Counted from the first letter of the stretch, positions 1-12,658 are shown. The stretch: DNA of 52,423 nt from Macrostomum lignano (GCA_002269645.1 NIVC01001876.1:1-52423), one strand, 5' to 3'. The notes: a model not told the origin generated them from the sequence alone. Program-made: numbers and translations.

Positions 1-109
1 CGTCGTTGTTGTTGTTGTTGGGTCGAGCGGCAGGTCCAGGTGCAGTCAGAGCAAGAGGAACTGCTGCCAGTAGCAGTGTCAGGGCTAACACTGCTCGACT
101 ATAAGCCAT
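1..109 (-). CDS. 5' end of a secreted protein (signal peptide); runs off the left edge of the window
   Basis: ATG at 109-107 reads MAYSRAVLALTLLLAAVPLALTA-PGPAARPNNNNND: basic n-region, hydrophobic h-region, A-x-A-like cleavage site. Too short to assign a family. Confidence 0.55.
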   Translation of the reverse strand, partial: MAYSRAVLALTLLLAAVPLALTAPGPAARPNNNNND

Positions 110-796
110 GACAGTTGATTCAATGAACCCAATTTAGCAATGGTACAAAATTGCTGCGTTAGTTTAACAGTCTAGCTTGGACAGAGTTGCTATCTTGCTA
201 AGATAGTCGAGCTTTTGAATCCGCTGTTTTAAAACAGTGAAGCAAATACAGGCAGCAGCTCAGAGCCTTTATCAGTGGCAGCGGAATCTTATAGGAGAAA
301 CTCTACATTCTATCATGTCACAGCCAACCACTTCAAGCCTAAAGGGAAATTATAAATGTCGGCTCTGAAAAAAGAAAACAGAACAGCTATCGAAGAAAGA
401 GTTGCCTGGCTTAGTTTAGACTAGTTGAGATTAAGAAGTTTAAGAGTCAGCAGATACCAAACAACTTCATTGCAGTGCAGTCGCATTTAAAGGCAATATA
501 AAAATTCTAAATTTTGAATAAAGGCTTTTCCGATTGTGCTTAACTAGAAAACTTAACATATGCTCCTAAAGACGGTTATCTCTCAATGCAGTAAAGAAAG
601 AAAAAACGAAAAAAGTGTAATTTTGACGATTTACGCAACTTTACAAAAAGACCAATGCTGAAATCCGAAAGGACGGTAAACGCGCTGGTGGTCAAATGCC
701 TGTATATTTTATTGAAAGTTTTTTTGCTCTAAAATTTTCAACGATACAAAACACCAATCGATGATAACGACAAAGTTAACAGCTCTTTCTTTTTAG

Positions 797-1847
797 CTAC
801 TCAACAAAGAATCGTCTATTCTTGAACGCAAGCATCGCTTGCATGAATTTGAACAAGCGCGGATCAACATTCCAGGGCAGTGAGTAGCATTTCAGACCAA
901 GTGACTTGGCTCGCTGCACAGCCGCAGACTGCATCTCCGTCAGACGATAGGCGTATCCAGGTAAGACGTAAGTCTTCTGAGGATCGTAAGCATTCAGACG
1001 ATTCCGCGAGCCCGGACAATGTAGACAACGTCGTCAATATTGGTTAACAAAGTAGAAAAACAGCCATCCGACATGTCGTACAACGATTGCTCGTTCATAA
1101 CGGCTAGCATTCCTTTCTCCCAGTCTTCTCTGCTCTTGAAACCGCCGGGAAAAAGCATACGAAACAAAGACTTTGACTGGGCTGAGCCGGCCAATCGAGG
1201 ACCGCACAAGTGCAGTCGAAACGGCTGGCGACTCTCCGATTGAAACGAATAGCGTGACGAAATTCGTGCACAAACGAGGCGAGACTTTTAGGCGACATAA
1301 TCGAATCGAAAGCCAAATCAATAATCAATCTGTCGCAGAACTGCAGCTCAGACTGAAGTCTATAATTATAGAATGCTGAGCAGTCCCTGATGCACCAAAG
1401 CGGTACGGCGCCGTGCTCTGTTTCTACATTCGCCAGCGGATCCTTCGAGTGCGCAATCTGAAGTCGATAGATTTTAAACAGCTGACGATCTAACGACCTA
1501 GAATTTTTGCAAGCCAACAACTCCAGCCATTGTTTGTCAAAGATTTTATCACAGTCTGGTAAACAAAAACTTTCCGATGCGTACGGCTTGAGTAACTCTA
1601 ACTGCACTCGAAGACAATCTAGCCGTGACTTTTGCAGGTCAGTCAGATTGTCGAATAGATTCTGTACAGCTCGATAGCCATCGTCGAAGTTAATAATGGC
1701 CAAAGGAGTAGAGAAGTCCATCTGCAGCTGGTAAGGCTGCGGCGGATTCAATACCCAGGTACCCCGTCTAGGATACCATCGCTTGTTGATGTGTCCACCG
1801 AAACAGTTGGATGCGCACAATAATGCTCGTCTGAATGCTTGAAGCAT
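797..1847 (-). CDS. Divergent TRM10/TRMT10C (MRPP1)-like paralog, intronless, interrupted by two -1 frameshifts (assembly error or pseudogene)
   Basis: ORF 1847-1104 aligns by eye with the neighbouring TRMT10C (RLIIDLAFDSIMSPKSLASFVHEFRHAIRFNRRVASRFD vs SLVFDMSFHEEMKLKFLMDFANQLREIFHTNRESVEPFQ). Adding one C at ~1215 gives FDLHLCGPR...; adding one C at ~1014 gives VVYIVPGSRNRLNAYDPQKTYVLPGYAY...AKSLGLKCYSLP...FFVE, with stop at 799-797, matching IYMSPDAKYEMRDYDPTKVYIIGG...ATRQGIRSLRLP. Confidence 0.7.
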
Positions 1848-2532
1848 GTCGTTATCAACAAATGGCTGAAATTACGACAGGCGATATTATTAGTAGAGAC
1901 ACGGCATGGAGACACTGCTGACATCGATCCCTGCTTGGTTAAAATAATTTCCAGAGCTTTTTCGAATCTCTGGATTCTCTTTTAAGCAAAATTCAATGCG
2001 ATAAATCTGTAATCAAAGGGTAACTCTTAAACTTTCACAAAAAGCTACATAAAATTGGTTTGTTTATTTAAAGCTGTTAAAATACCAGTTATATAACGGC
2101 ATGCATAGAGTACGTATTGCAATGAGATGGAAAAATTGTTACATGATTAATTCAGAAACATAACAAGCATTTCAACTCGCTTAAGCTTCACTTAGTGTAA
2201 CAAATACAACAAGAAGATGCAAAACTCGAAATGCCGCCGATAGTAACGAAAATAATAGTTTAAGTTGAAAAAGCAGTACTACCATGAAGCCACCTACGAT
2301 CAAATTGACTCAAAATAGACGATGCTATATAGCTTGCTCTTCTACCAGGCCGTGACAACTGACAGCAGAAATCAATAAATGCGAGAATTTTCGACAGCTT
2401 GATTTAACTTTTCATGTCACATCGCTATTGGCCAATTTCGAACAAAAACGTTATTAGCAAGGAGTATAACAAATGTACAAATCGTTTCCTAAATGAATTC
2501 GAAAGCCGCATTTTCAAAAACGGTAATTTATG

Positions 2533-2882
2533 AAAGGGCCTGTCAACTTATGTTCATAAAGTGGAGCCCGAGTAACCATGTACACAAATGACATGTCATT
2601 CTGCTCACAGTGACATCAGGAAGCTGGATTTGGCAAAAAGCTACCTGGGATAGGAGATAACAAGCAATGGGACAATTAGGGATTCATAAGTTTCATAAGC
2701 TTAAGTTTACATAATAATCCTTAATTGTCCCCTTGCCTGTTCTCTCCTATCCCAGGTCCAATATTTGTAGCTTTTTCTTGCCAAATCCAGCTTTCTGATG
2801 TCACTGTGAGCAGAATGACGCATCATTTGTGTACATAGGTTACTCGGGCTCCACCCCATGAGCATAAGTTGACAGGCCCTTT
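2533..2882. repeat. Long imperfect inverted repeat (foldback), ~150-165 bp arms and ~30 nt loop
   Basis: 2533-2684 (aaagggcctgtcaacttatg...gggacaattagggatt) is the approximate reverse complement of 2716-2882 (aatccttaattgtccc...cataagttgacaggcccttt). No TSD found. Confidence 0.85.
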
Positions 2883-3044
2883 TTTGTTTCTCTCCTCTTA
2901 CTTGATTTGATTGCAAATCTTGACTTAATTGTCAATTGTAACCAACCACAAGTGAGCTCAACTCAAAATGTAGGCCTTTAAAAATCTTTAATAGAGACGA
3001 AGCGTCTCATTCTTTACAACTGTTTTCATTGGTCTCAGTCATTA

Positions 3045-4244
3045 CTAGAAGCCTCCAGACCGTGGCTGATACCCGTGCAACAGTGACTGCTGAGCAGTAG
3101 GCGATTGAATAATTCGCTGCTCAGATATCCGTCTCGGTACGTGCCTCCTAGCTTCTACCCAGGAGCCGGTTAGACGAATATCCCGTATAATGTTGTAGAA
3201 GATGTTCAGTGGCAACGACCTGGACGCGATGCTGCGCGGCAGGCGTAAACTTCGAATGCCCTGACGGGTCGCCTTCGACTTGGTAGCGCCAACGCAGCCG
3301 CCGCCCAGATCAACTAGGCCGCCAATAATGTACACTTTAGTAGGATCGTAATCTCTCATTTCGTATTTAGCATCCGGCGACATGTAGATCAGATCCTTGG
3401 CTGGAAACAGCGACGTATAACAAGCGTCAGTGAATTCGTATGGCCAACTATCTTCAAAGCTTTCGTGCGAAGAGAACTCGCCAATGCCATAATCGTAGCT
3501 TTTAAGCGCCCGATTAAGCACGTAGTATTGCTGAGTATCCCTAGCCAGATTGCAAAAGTGCAATTGAAACGGTTCTACAGATTCGCGATTCGTGTGAAAG
3601 ATTTCTCTTAATTGATTGGCGAAGTCCATTAGGAACTTTAACTTCATTTCCTCGTGGAATGACATGTCGAATACAAGAGATGGACAGAACTTGTATTCCT
3701 GAATCAATCGCATATCGTAGAATGCTTTAATTTCAGTTTTTTCAATCCTAGGATGGATATAGTCATAGCTTGGAGCCAACTCCTGCTTCACTGTGCTTCT
3801 CTTTTTAATCGCTTTCTTCTCCAATGCGCTAGCCTCAGAGTTCTGCTTTGTGGCCAAGTAAAAGAGTTTCTTGCCCAATGTACCGGTGGAATTGCAGGAC
3901 AACAACTGCACCCAATCGAAGCTAGTAAGCTTGCTCTTATCCGGCACCCTAGACTTGCCAAGAGCAGCCTGGATGTCAATCTGTTCGCCAATTTCGCGCA
4001 TTCGCTGCTTATCAAAATTGTCTAGATTATTTAGCACATCTTCCGGCGTTTTGCTGGCATCTGTCAAATAGATCAGAGGCTTCCGCCTGCCATTCTCGTC
4101 GATTGGCACCCAGGAAAAGTCCAGGTTAATCTCGTATTCTAGTTTCATCTGTTTCCGATGCGACATGGCCAACCATTGTCGATGCGCGAGCAGGCGCACC
4201 GGCGACTGCCAGCCGCGCAGCACTGCGTTAGCTAGCGACAGCAT
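3045..4244 (-). CDS. TRMT10C: tRNA m1G9/m1A9 methyltransferase TRM10 family, mitochondrial RNase P protein 1 (TRMT10C/MRPP1)-like, intronless
   Basis: SPOUT TRM10 motifs LVFDMSF, NQL, EPFQLHFCN, LIYMSPDA, YDPTKVYIIGGLVD, SLRLP. The first true ATG (4244) starts an Arg/Leu-rich presequence-like N-terminus, MLSLANAVLRGWQSPVRLLAHRQW. The ORF-track start at 4301 is a GTG. Confidence 0.88.
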   Translation of the reverse strand: MLSLANAVLRGWQSPVRLLAHRQWLAMSHRKQMKLEYEINLDFSWVPIDENGRRKPLIYLTDASKTPEDVLNNLDNFDKQRMREIGEQIDIQAALGKSRVPDKSKLTSFDWVQLLSCNSTGTLGKKLFYLATKQNSEASALEKKAIKKRSTVKQELAPSYDYIHPRIEKTEIKAFYDMRLIQEYKFCPSLVFDMSFHEEMKLKFLMDFANQLREIFHTNRESVEPFQLHFCNLARDTQQYYVLNRALKSYDYGIGEFSSHESFEDSWPYEFTDACYTSLFPAKDLIYMSPDAKYEMRDYDPTKVYIIGGLVDLGGGCVGATKSKATRQGIRSLRLPRSIASRSLPLNIFYNIIRDIRLTGSWVEARRHVPRRISEQRIIQSPTAQQSLLHGYQPRSGGF

Positions 4245-4351
4245 GGGGTGGTTTACAGTGGATGAGTTTCTCAATTTCGAAGATTCACTTGAACTTTCCA
4301 CTTCTCAATCATCCGATCTTAAAAAATTAAACACCCTCTAAATTATCTATA

Positions 4352-5140
4352 CCTGACCTTCCCAGAAGCCACTCGACCTTCCCAGAAGCCACCTGACCTT
4401 CTCAGAAGCCACTCGACCTTCCCAGAAGCCACCTGACCTTCCCAGAAGTCACCTGACTTTCACAGAAGTCACCTGACCTTCCCAGAAGCCACCTGACTTT
4501 CACAGAAGTCACATGACTTTCACAGAAGTCACCTGACCTTCCCAGAAGCCACTCGACCTTCCCAGAAGCCACCTGACCTTCCCAGAAGTCACCTGACCTT
4601 CCCAGAAGCCACCTGACCTTCCCAGAAGTCACCTGACTTTCACAGAAGTCACCTGACCTTCCCAGAAGCCACTCGACCTTCCCAGAAGCCACTTGACCTT
4701 TCCAGAAGCCATTTGATCTTCCAGAAGCCACCTGAGCCTTCAAGAAGTTACCTGACATTTCCAAAAAACCATCTAACCTTTCCTAGAACCGCTTGACCTT
4801 TCCAGAAGCCACTTGACCTTCCCAGAAGCCACTCGACCTTCCCAGAAGCCACCTGACCTTCCCAGAAGCCACTCGACCTTCCCAGAAGCCACCTGACCTT
4901 CCCAGAAGTCACCTGACTTTCACAGAAGTCACCTGACCTTCCCAGAAGTCACCTGACTTTCACAGAAGTCACCTGACCTTCCCAGAAGCCACCTGACCTT
5001 CCCAGAAGCCACTTGACCTTTCCAGAAGCCACTTGATCTTCCAGAAGCCACCTGAGCCTTCAAGAAGTTACCTGACATTTCCAAAAAACCATCTAACCTT
5101 TCCTAGAACCGCTTGACCTTCGCAGAAGCCACTTGACCCT
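4352..5140. repeat. 20-bp minisatellite (cccagaagccacctgacctt)n directly upstream of TRMT10C
   Basis: Directly visible tandem array with variant units. Confidence 0.95.
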
Positions 5141-6339
5141 AATAAGAACCCACAGCTAATTAATTATCTTCCATTTACCTGTAGAAAACCTGTCACTATA
5201 CCAAATTTTAGCAATACTAAATAACAGAATTTACTAACACATCAATGACACATTTGTCACTATTGGACTAGTTTTATTTAGCTAAACAATTACTAATACA
5301 GCAAGCAAAAATTGCATTGAAAAGATTTAACATTCAAGTTACACAAGGACAAAAAATAGAAATATTTGACCCCGCATTAATTTACAATAAAATAAAAATG
5401 CTTTGCCGTTATAAGAAGCATTAACATATTTTATTTTTATCATGAACGCAGAAAGTAAGCAAGAAATAACAGCGTAAAAATGTGTGTTAAAAATGTACAT
5501 ACTGGTAGAGAAATTTTAATTGATGAAAAAGCACTAAAGAAGCAATAAAAACTATAGTAGAAAAAGAGCCCTTTTGCACAATACATACTCGCAAATATTA
5601 TAGATATTCGTATAATAGAATGTGTTAGGTTGCACAAAATATACTACTAGTAGTAGCATCAGTAAAGCAATGCATTGTGAGCGGTGAAACAATAGTAAAA
5701 TTGTCAACTTCAATTGCAACTTAAACCCTGCAAATAGGTGAAAATAGTTGTTAAAATTTTGCATCAATAGTATAATACTACTTTAAACTACTATATAGGC
5801 AATACTAAGTATTAATGCTGTCGACAGCTGTTGCATTGATAATTTTAGTTGAATTTGTAGGCAAATTAGATTTTAAAAAGCTGACTTCCTACACCGTCGC
5901 CCAAGAGTCGTTGCTACTTACACAGGTAAAATAGAAAGAAGTGACTCTAGACGACTCTAATAAGACGAGATGTCACCAAAAAGTGGTCAGAGTCACCTTA
6001 GAGTCAATTTCAGGCGTAAAGTCGTACCTGAGGCTTGCCCAGAGTATCTGTAGAGTCACCGAGTTACGTCTAAAGCGCAACTGCGTCAATTTATTAATGA
6101 GAATCGCATTTCGTATTTATAACAACTCTATTTAGCCTACTTGAGTTAGTAGAAAGTTAAGCACTAACACAACGACTTTTGGACTACTTGTTTCGAGACT
6201 CGTTTACGATTCTAACAGTTAAACAGTCACAGGAGTCTCGGTAACATTCTCAATGGGTATGAATGAATATAAAAGTAGGCTTAAGCTACTATAACACGCT
6301 TAACTGTTAAAGCTGGTAAATTATTAACAATTCATCAAG

Positions 6340-6491
6340 TCAATCAAACAGGAATCGCCGGCAGTTGGCTGAACCGCACAGGCATCGCATGCGCGCTAAG
6401 CCGCCACCATTGACGCTGCTGGCACCGCCGACACTGCTGCTCACCACACTGGCATTCTCGGCGGCGCTTTCTGACGCATCATCAGCGCCAA

Positions 6492-6522
<31 letters not shown>

Positions 6523-9289
6523 TTCAGCACTGATAGCGCCGGACATTTGATAATCAAATGTCAATTCGGCGCCTTTTGGTATTGGCTCTGCAGCGAATAG
6601 AGCCAATAGTGGCAAGTCTTTATCGATGCACTGAGTGTAGACGCAACGAATAGTCAGATTTGGACTGCAGGAATGATTCAGAAAGTGGGCTATATTGCCA
6701 TAGTCCCGAGCGTCTACAGAATACACCGGCTCGCCGTCTAGATCCAGGTCAAATAAATAGGTCTGTGCCTGGCGATCGTACTCAAGACCTCGACGTTCGG
6801 CCTCCTCAAAGGTGACCACCTCGCCGACATATTCGACAACGAAGGAGCCGCGCGGAATGCGCTGCAGAGTGCGAACACCCCAGCCGCGATTCTTGGTCCG
6901 ATAGATGGCCAAACCAAACTGACGGCCGCGCTGTACAACTCGAAACGGACAATCTGGGCCGCATTTGCACAACGAATTGCATTCGTGTATGGGAAAACTG
7001 GCGTGCACGTTCGGCAGCCGGCCCTGTCTGCAATTTGTAAAAAAAACAATGGTAGTTGTCTATGGCCATTCTTATTTTAAGCAAATTTTTCTCAAAATAC
7101 GAATATTTTAAGTTTTGGAGCTGCACCAATAGCCAGCCGCCTTCCTACAAGCATGGTGAGCATGTACAGTTTGCGTGCATAGCGAGCAAGAGAAAAGGGG
7201 TGGCGCCCCAGCCCTCAGCCAGACCGATAAACAATTTGGCTTTCCTCTTGTCTGACTTTGACCTCTCTCCTTACTGCTCTCTCATTGGCTGAGACAGATT
7301 GGGCCTGCCCCTAGGCTGAATTTTATCCGTCAGACTTTAACCTCTCTCCTTACTGCTCTCTCATTGGCTGAGCTAGATTGGGCCTGCCCCTAAGGCTGAG
7401 TTTTATCCGTCAGACTTCAACCTCTGTCTTTACTGCTCTCTCATTGGCTGAGCTAGATTGGGCCTGCCCATAGGCTGAGTTTTATCTGTCAGACTTTAAC
7501 CTCTCCTTACTGCTCTCTCATAGGCTGAGACAGATTGGGTCTGCCCCTAGGCTGAGTTTTATCCGTCAGACTTTAACCTCTCTCCTTACTGCTCTCTCAT
7601 AGGCTGAGCTAGACATCAGTCGAGTTAAATGCTTGTTGTTCATTTTCAACCCCATATACTCATGAGGTCGCAAACCCCAAGAAAAGGAAATTTTTAGCTT
7701 TCACGTTAAATTTAAATGACACTGCACAAACTACTTAAAAACAGTAGAAAAAAACTGTCTCTAATTATCGTGACAACAAAATAAGTTGTCAAAAAATCAA
7801 TATAATAGAAGCTCACCTAGTATACGGTACGCGACCTTCGTTGTGCACGTGACTGGCTACGCACGAGTGCCGCTCCTCGTAGCAGTCCGTGCAGGTGCAG
7901 CCAAGTACCGGATCGTCAGGAATCGACACGCCAGGTCCCGGCACCCGTTTAGTAACGTAGGTAAACGCCAAAGGTGGTCCTTCGAGATCGACTTTATTTT
8001 CAATAACAATTTTAGCCCGAGGCTCGTTAGCGTTTAATAACAGCTCCCAGTTTTTGAGTTCGGCTTGAATTTTAATACCTAGACTACGCTTAGATCCGGC
8101 GATCATGCGACTCTGACTGGGCAGGATTCGTCGCTTAGCAACGCTTTGTAAAGCTCGTTTGGTCAGGGTCTCCGCTAGAACCTGTTGATTAGACAGACAG
8201 TTTGCCTTGTTATTCAATACTGGTTAGTAACTATAAATAACACATTACTGTCAGTTGGTTACACAGATAATAGAATAACTAGATGAACTCAGCACATTTG
8301 CGTGTAAGCTACTTTCACTTCAGTAGTAAGTTAAAGAGAAGCATTTTAATGTACTTTTAAAGCCAAGGCTCATTTATTGGCTCTTACCCCCCCCCCCAGA
8401 TTCAACCTTCAACCGCGCATTTCCACACTACCCCCGCCCCGCCCCAATTTTTATTGCCTTTCTCGGAATTCCAGCCTAAAGCGGCCATGTACATTTCAGT
8501 GGACTGGCTAATGTGCATTATTGCTGTACCAATTAGCAAGCTGTTTACGCCTGCAAGCTTTGGGCTTCTAAACTTATCAAAAGTGTCATTTCAGCTGCCT
8601 TTATTCTTATAAAATAGCTTATGTATTCTTCTTTGCTACTGAACTGAAAGTAGAAAGCTGTTTTACCAAGTATATATGCCTGGGTGGCCCATCTAGTTAT
8701 TTTAGTACCTGTGGTTGATTAAGGTCTAATTTACACCACAAACAGTGGCCCCTGTACAAGTACAAAGTGCTCGAATATTTGGTTTTATAAATCTATTTTA
8801 TCATATCTGTTACACACATTGTTACAGGGTTACACAGTCAACAATGCCTCACATGATACATTGCCTCACAAACATTTTCTAAAAAACGCACTTTCCCGTT
8901 CTTCCAGTTGAGTAGTCCATGAATCAAACCAGGGACTTGCTTCGCACCAAAGCGCAGCCCAAAATCACCTGTTCAAAGCGTTCCGGCGTCAGGTCATCAA
9001 AGTTGATGCAGTCCAACAGTTGAAGAACCCTAGCCTTACTTCTCTCGGATGATTCGGCCACCTCAGCTGCCGTAGGTCTGCGCTTTCTACTCTTGCCACT
9101 GATGAAGTTCTTGTATTCTTTCAGCAGCTCCTGACAGTTCGTTAAGTCAGGCTCCGGCTCCCACGTAGCGCATTCTATTGGCCAGCCGCGCCATTTGATT
9201 AAATAGCGCATAGTTTGGTCAACTTCGTCCCAATCGTGATCTTCAATGCTTTCCACTTCGTATTCGGCATCTTCATATTTGACCAGCTC
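6340..9289 (-). CDS. SUV39H: SUV39H/Su(var)3-9 histone H3K9 methyltransferase (chromodomain, pre-SET, SET, post-SET); 5' exon not identified
   Basis: Exons 9289-8969 (chromodomain YEVESIEDH...YLIKWRGWPIECATWEPEPDL), 8181-7817 (pre-SET FTYVT...GCTCTDC) and 7027-6340 (PIHECNSLCKC, RGWGV, YLFDLD, NIAHFLNHSCSPN, ELTFDY, CLCGSANCRRFLF). GT-AG boundaries have matching phases (0 and 2). Confidence 0.93.
7250..7612. repeat. ~80-bp tandem repeat (about 4.5 copies) in a SUV39H intron
   Basis: Unit cctctctccttactgctctctcattggctgag...ggctgagttttatccgtcagactttaa recurs at ~7261, 7340, 7420, 7500 and 7578. Confidence 0.9.
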
Positions 9290-10029
9290 CTGGGTGATCA
9301 CTAGATTAAGGTTTGATTGAAAATTGATATTTTTAAATCTCTTATAAATCAGGTACAAAATAGCATCAAATAGAAGAATTCGGGTACCTAAAAACCTTGA
9401 GCAGTATATGAGATTACCTAAATTGTATGCATGACATTACATAGGGAAATATATTACATAAGTTAATGTATTATCTTAATTGATATTGCTGTTAGATTAA
9501 AAAAGTGCTAAAACTAAGAAAGACAGCAAAAGGCTTGCTTGCAATGGCACTAGCTGAGGAATTGAATGAGATAGGAACAGTCTAACCACTGCTAATCTTA
9601 AGGCATTAATATAAATAGGCTTTAACTATAAATAAAATATGACTTAGTTATGTTACATAATTCCTTTTACACCTTTCTTATCTGTTTTTTTTCAATTCCT
9701 TGCTTTCTTATTTTAGCTATCAAATTTGAAAGTATCCTTTTGTTTGCTAAAATTTATGCTAGCTAGATTAGCTGGGTTAGCTAGCAGTTATACATGTAAA
9801 ATCTGAGACATATATTGGAACCACATTGCTAATTATGCTAAAATACTAGAAAACTTTTGGTATACTTGTACATATAAGCCTGAAAAATTGGTACTGTAGG
9901 GCTTGCTTCTGTCCTATTAAAAATCCAAAAAGCTATCACTAAAGTTATACTAAATTATAGTTCATAAGTGAACATAGGTCTTAGTATTAATCTGAATAAT
10001 ATTTTAGGTACAAGTCTTAGTATAGGTCT

Positions 10030-10410
10030 GAGTCTTCTTCTTTTTCTATCTATATATCTAAATCTGAGCTGTCTGTCTGTCTGTCTGTGCAATTGATAAT
10101 AGAATCTTCTTCTTTTATATATCTAATCTTCTTCTATATATCTAAATCTTCTTCTATATATCTAAATCTGAGCTGTCTGTCTGTCTGTCTGTGCAATCAA
10201 TAATAGAATCTTCTTCTTCTATACATCTAATCTTCTTCTATATATCTAAATCTTCTTCTATATATCTAAATCTGAGCTGTCTGTCTGTCTGTCTGTGCAA
10301 TCAATAATAGAATCTTCTTCTTCTATACATCTAATCTTCTTCTATATATCTAAATCTTCTTCTATATATCTAAATCTGAGCTGTCTGTCTGTCTGTGTGC
10401 AATTGATAAT
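10030..10410. repeat. Compound ~100-110 bp tandem repeat containing (CTGT)n and tcttcttctatatatctaa motifs
   Basis: tctaaatctgagctgtctgtctgtc...tgtgcaat recurs four times. Confidence 0.85.
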
Positions 10411-11149
10411 AAAAAAACAGCTCAACCAATTTAGTTTGAACTTGCACTGTTTGATCAGAAATTTTTTTCCATGACGATACATGGGTCTTGGCTAAGAGAT
10501 TGCTCAATGCTAAAGGGATTAAATATTCAAAAAATGTGCTGTTTTGCAAAGGTCAAGCAGCTTTTTTTACTTGAAATGCATTGTAAAAATGCTAGAGAAA
10601 AAACTGACTGGTTGAATTCTGATTCTGAAATAGATTGCATCACACTAGGCTTTTTATTTATTGTCTGTGTACTGGATGAATTTTAACACTGAATTCAATT
10701 ACGCTAGTCTGAAGTACACAGTGTGGAAGCATATAGCACAAGACTTGATTGATATTGCATAATTGAATTGCTAACTTTAATTGTGACTGACACCGACTGA
10801 ATGAGAAATAAATTATGTCATGACTTTTACTCTAACTGACATGATGTGAGTGTTGAATTATAAGTGCTACAATTCATGTACGAGCATATCAATCAATGAA
10901 AGCTAGCCCAGATGCAAACAGATGGAGCTGCTGAAGCAGAGACTAGGTTCGAATTTCAGTGGAATAATTTGTTATTATTTTTTAAGCTTAATGATTAAAG
11001 CTTACAAAAAGGATCACCATGTGAAAAAAGTATTATGCTAAACATAAAAGAAGCACAAGTTCAAGCATAAATGGAGCATCTTATAAAACAAAAAATATTC
11101 ATTGGTAAATTGCTAAAATGTCTAGACTTACAAAGAGAACTGCTAAGAC

Positions 11150-11930
11150 GCATGGAGGGATTTGCAGAGATGTCAAGGCTTATGGGGAATTGCTGGGATG
11201 TCAAGGCTTATGGGGGGAATTGCTAGGATGTCAAGGCTTATGGGGGAATTGCTGGGATTTCAAGGCTTATTGGGGAATTGCTGGGATATCAAGGCTTGGC
11301 TTATGAGGAATTGCTAGGATGTCAAGGCTTATAGCTGGGGGAATTGCTGGGATGTCAAGGTTTACTTGGGAGAATTGCTGGGATGTCAAGGCTTATGGGG
11401 AATTGCTGGGACATCAAGGCTTAATTGGGGAATTGTTGGGATGTCAAGGCTAATGGGGAATTGCTGGGATGTCAAGGTTTACTTGGGAGAATTGCTGGGA
11501 TATCAAGGCTTATGGGGAATTGCTGGGACATCAAGGCTTAATTGGGGAATTGTTGGGATGTCAAGGCTAATGGGGAATTGCTGGGATGTCAAGGCTTACT
11601 GGGAGAATTGCTGGGATGTCAAGGCTTACAGCTGGGAGAATTGCTGAGACATTAAGGCTACAGGGAAGAGTTGCTAAGATTTCAAGGCTTATGCGGGAAA
11701 TTGCTCAGACTCCAAGGCTCCATGACAATCTAAGATGTCATGGCTTATTGGGGGAATTGCTGAGATGTCAAGGCTTACAGGGAGAATTGCTGAGATGTCA
11801 AGGCATATGGGGGGGAATTCCTGTGATGTCAAGGCTTACAGGGAGAATTGCTGAGATGTCAAGGCATATGGGGGGGGAATTCCTGGGATGTCAAGGCTTA
11901 TGCGGGATTGTTGAGATGTCAAGGCTTATT
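11150..11930. repeat. ~28-bp minisatellite (atgtcaaggcttatggggaattgctggg)n
   Basis: Directly visible. It explains ORFs 11118, 11366 and 11586. Confidence 0.93.
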
Positions 11931-12658
11931 TAAATATTTTATATTATATTTAAATCTTTTTTGGTTTTGTATACGAGTATTGGTAAGGCCTATATGATTA
12001 ATGGATCTGGGTAAACTCATTGACTTTTTATTTGTCAACTGTGTTGATGAGTTTATTATAGTTGGCATAGTGCGTATCTAATGTACAGTATAATGAAGTA
12101 TATAGAAGTAAGAAATGCAAACAAATGGAAAAGCAATAAGGTTTTAATATTTGCTATAGAAAAAGTTTTTAAGTATTAATTTTTGGTTGAAATAAATAAT
12201 TAAAACTGATTGAAATTAAAATTGATTAAGATTGCCAGGGATCCTGCCTTACGGAATTGTGGTCCCTTAGCTAGTTGTTACCATGGAAGATTCTTGGTTT
12301 CATTGCTTTTTAATTGTATCTTATTTCATATTTTATCATATTATATATGGCAGACTGCTGGGTACTGCAGTGCGCTGCTGTCTTTTATCTAGTCAATCTG
12401 GTGAAAAGACATTCCAGCAATAGACAATCTGCAAGCATTATCTATCATGATTGACAATTTTCATGTCCTGTGCCTAAAAACTAGCATTACAATGACACAA
12501 TTTGGCTCATAAATTTTATGAATCTATTATTATATCTGAGCATGTAGACTGCTGCACATACTGTACTATACTGATAAATATATATAGGCTACCATTTGAC
12601 AAATTTACCAGTAGATGAATTTACCAGCACCCATGATTAATAAGTGGCTCATTAGAAT

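Noticed and set aside
4352-5140. Array of nuclear-receptor half-sites (TGACCT) or heat-shock elements in the TRMT10C promoter
   Set aside because: The hexamer is too short and arises trivially from the repeat unit; the TTC-GAA spacing is mostly wrong for an HSE.
10930-10965. tRNA or SINE B-box (ggttcgaatt)
   Set aside because: No A box or cloverleaf nearby.
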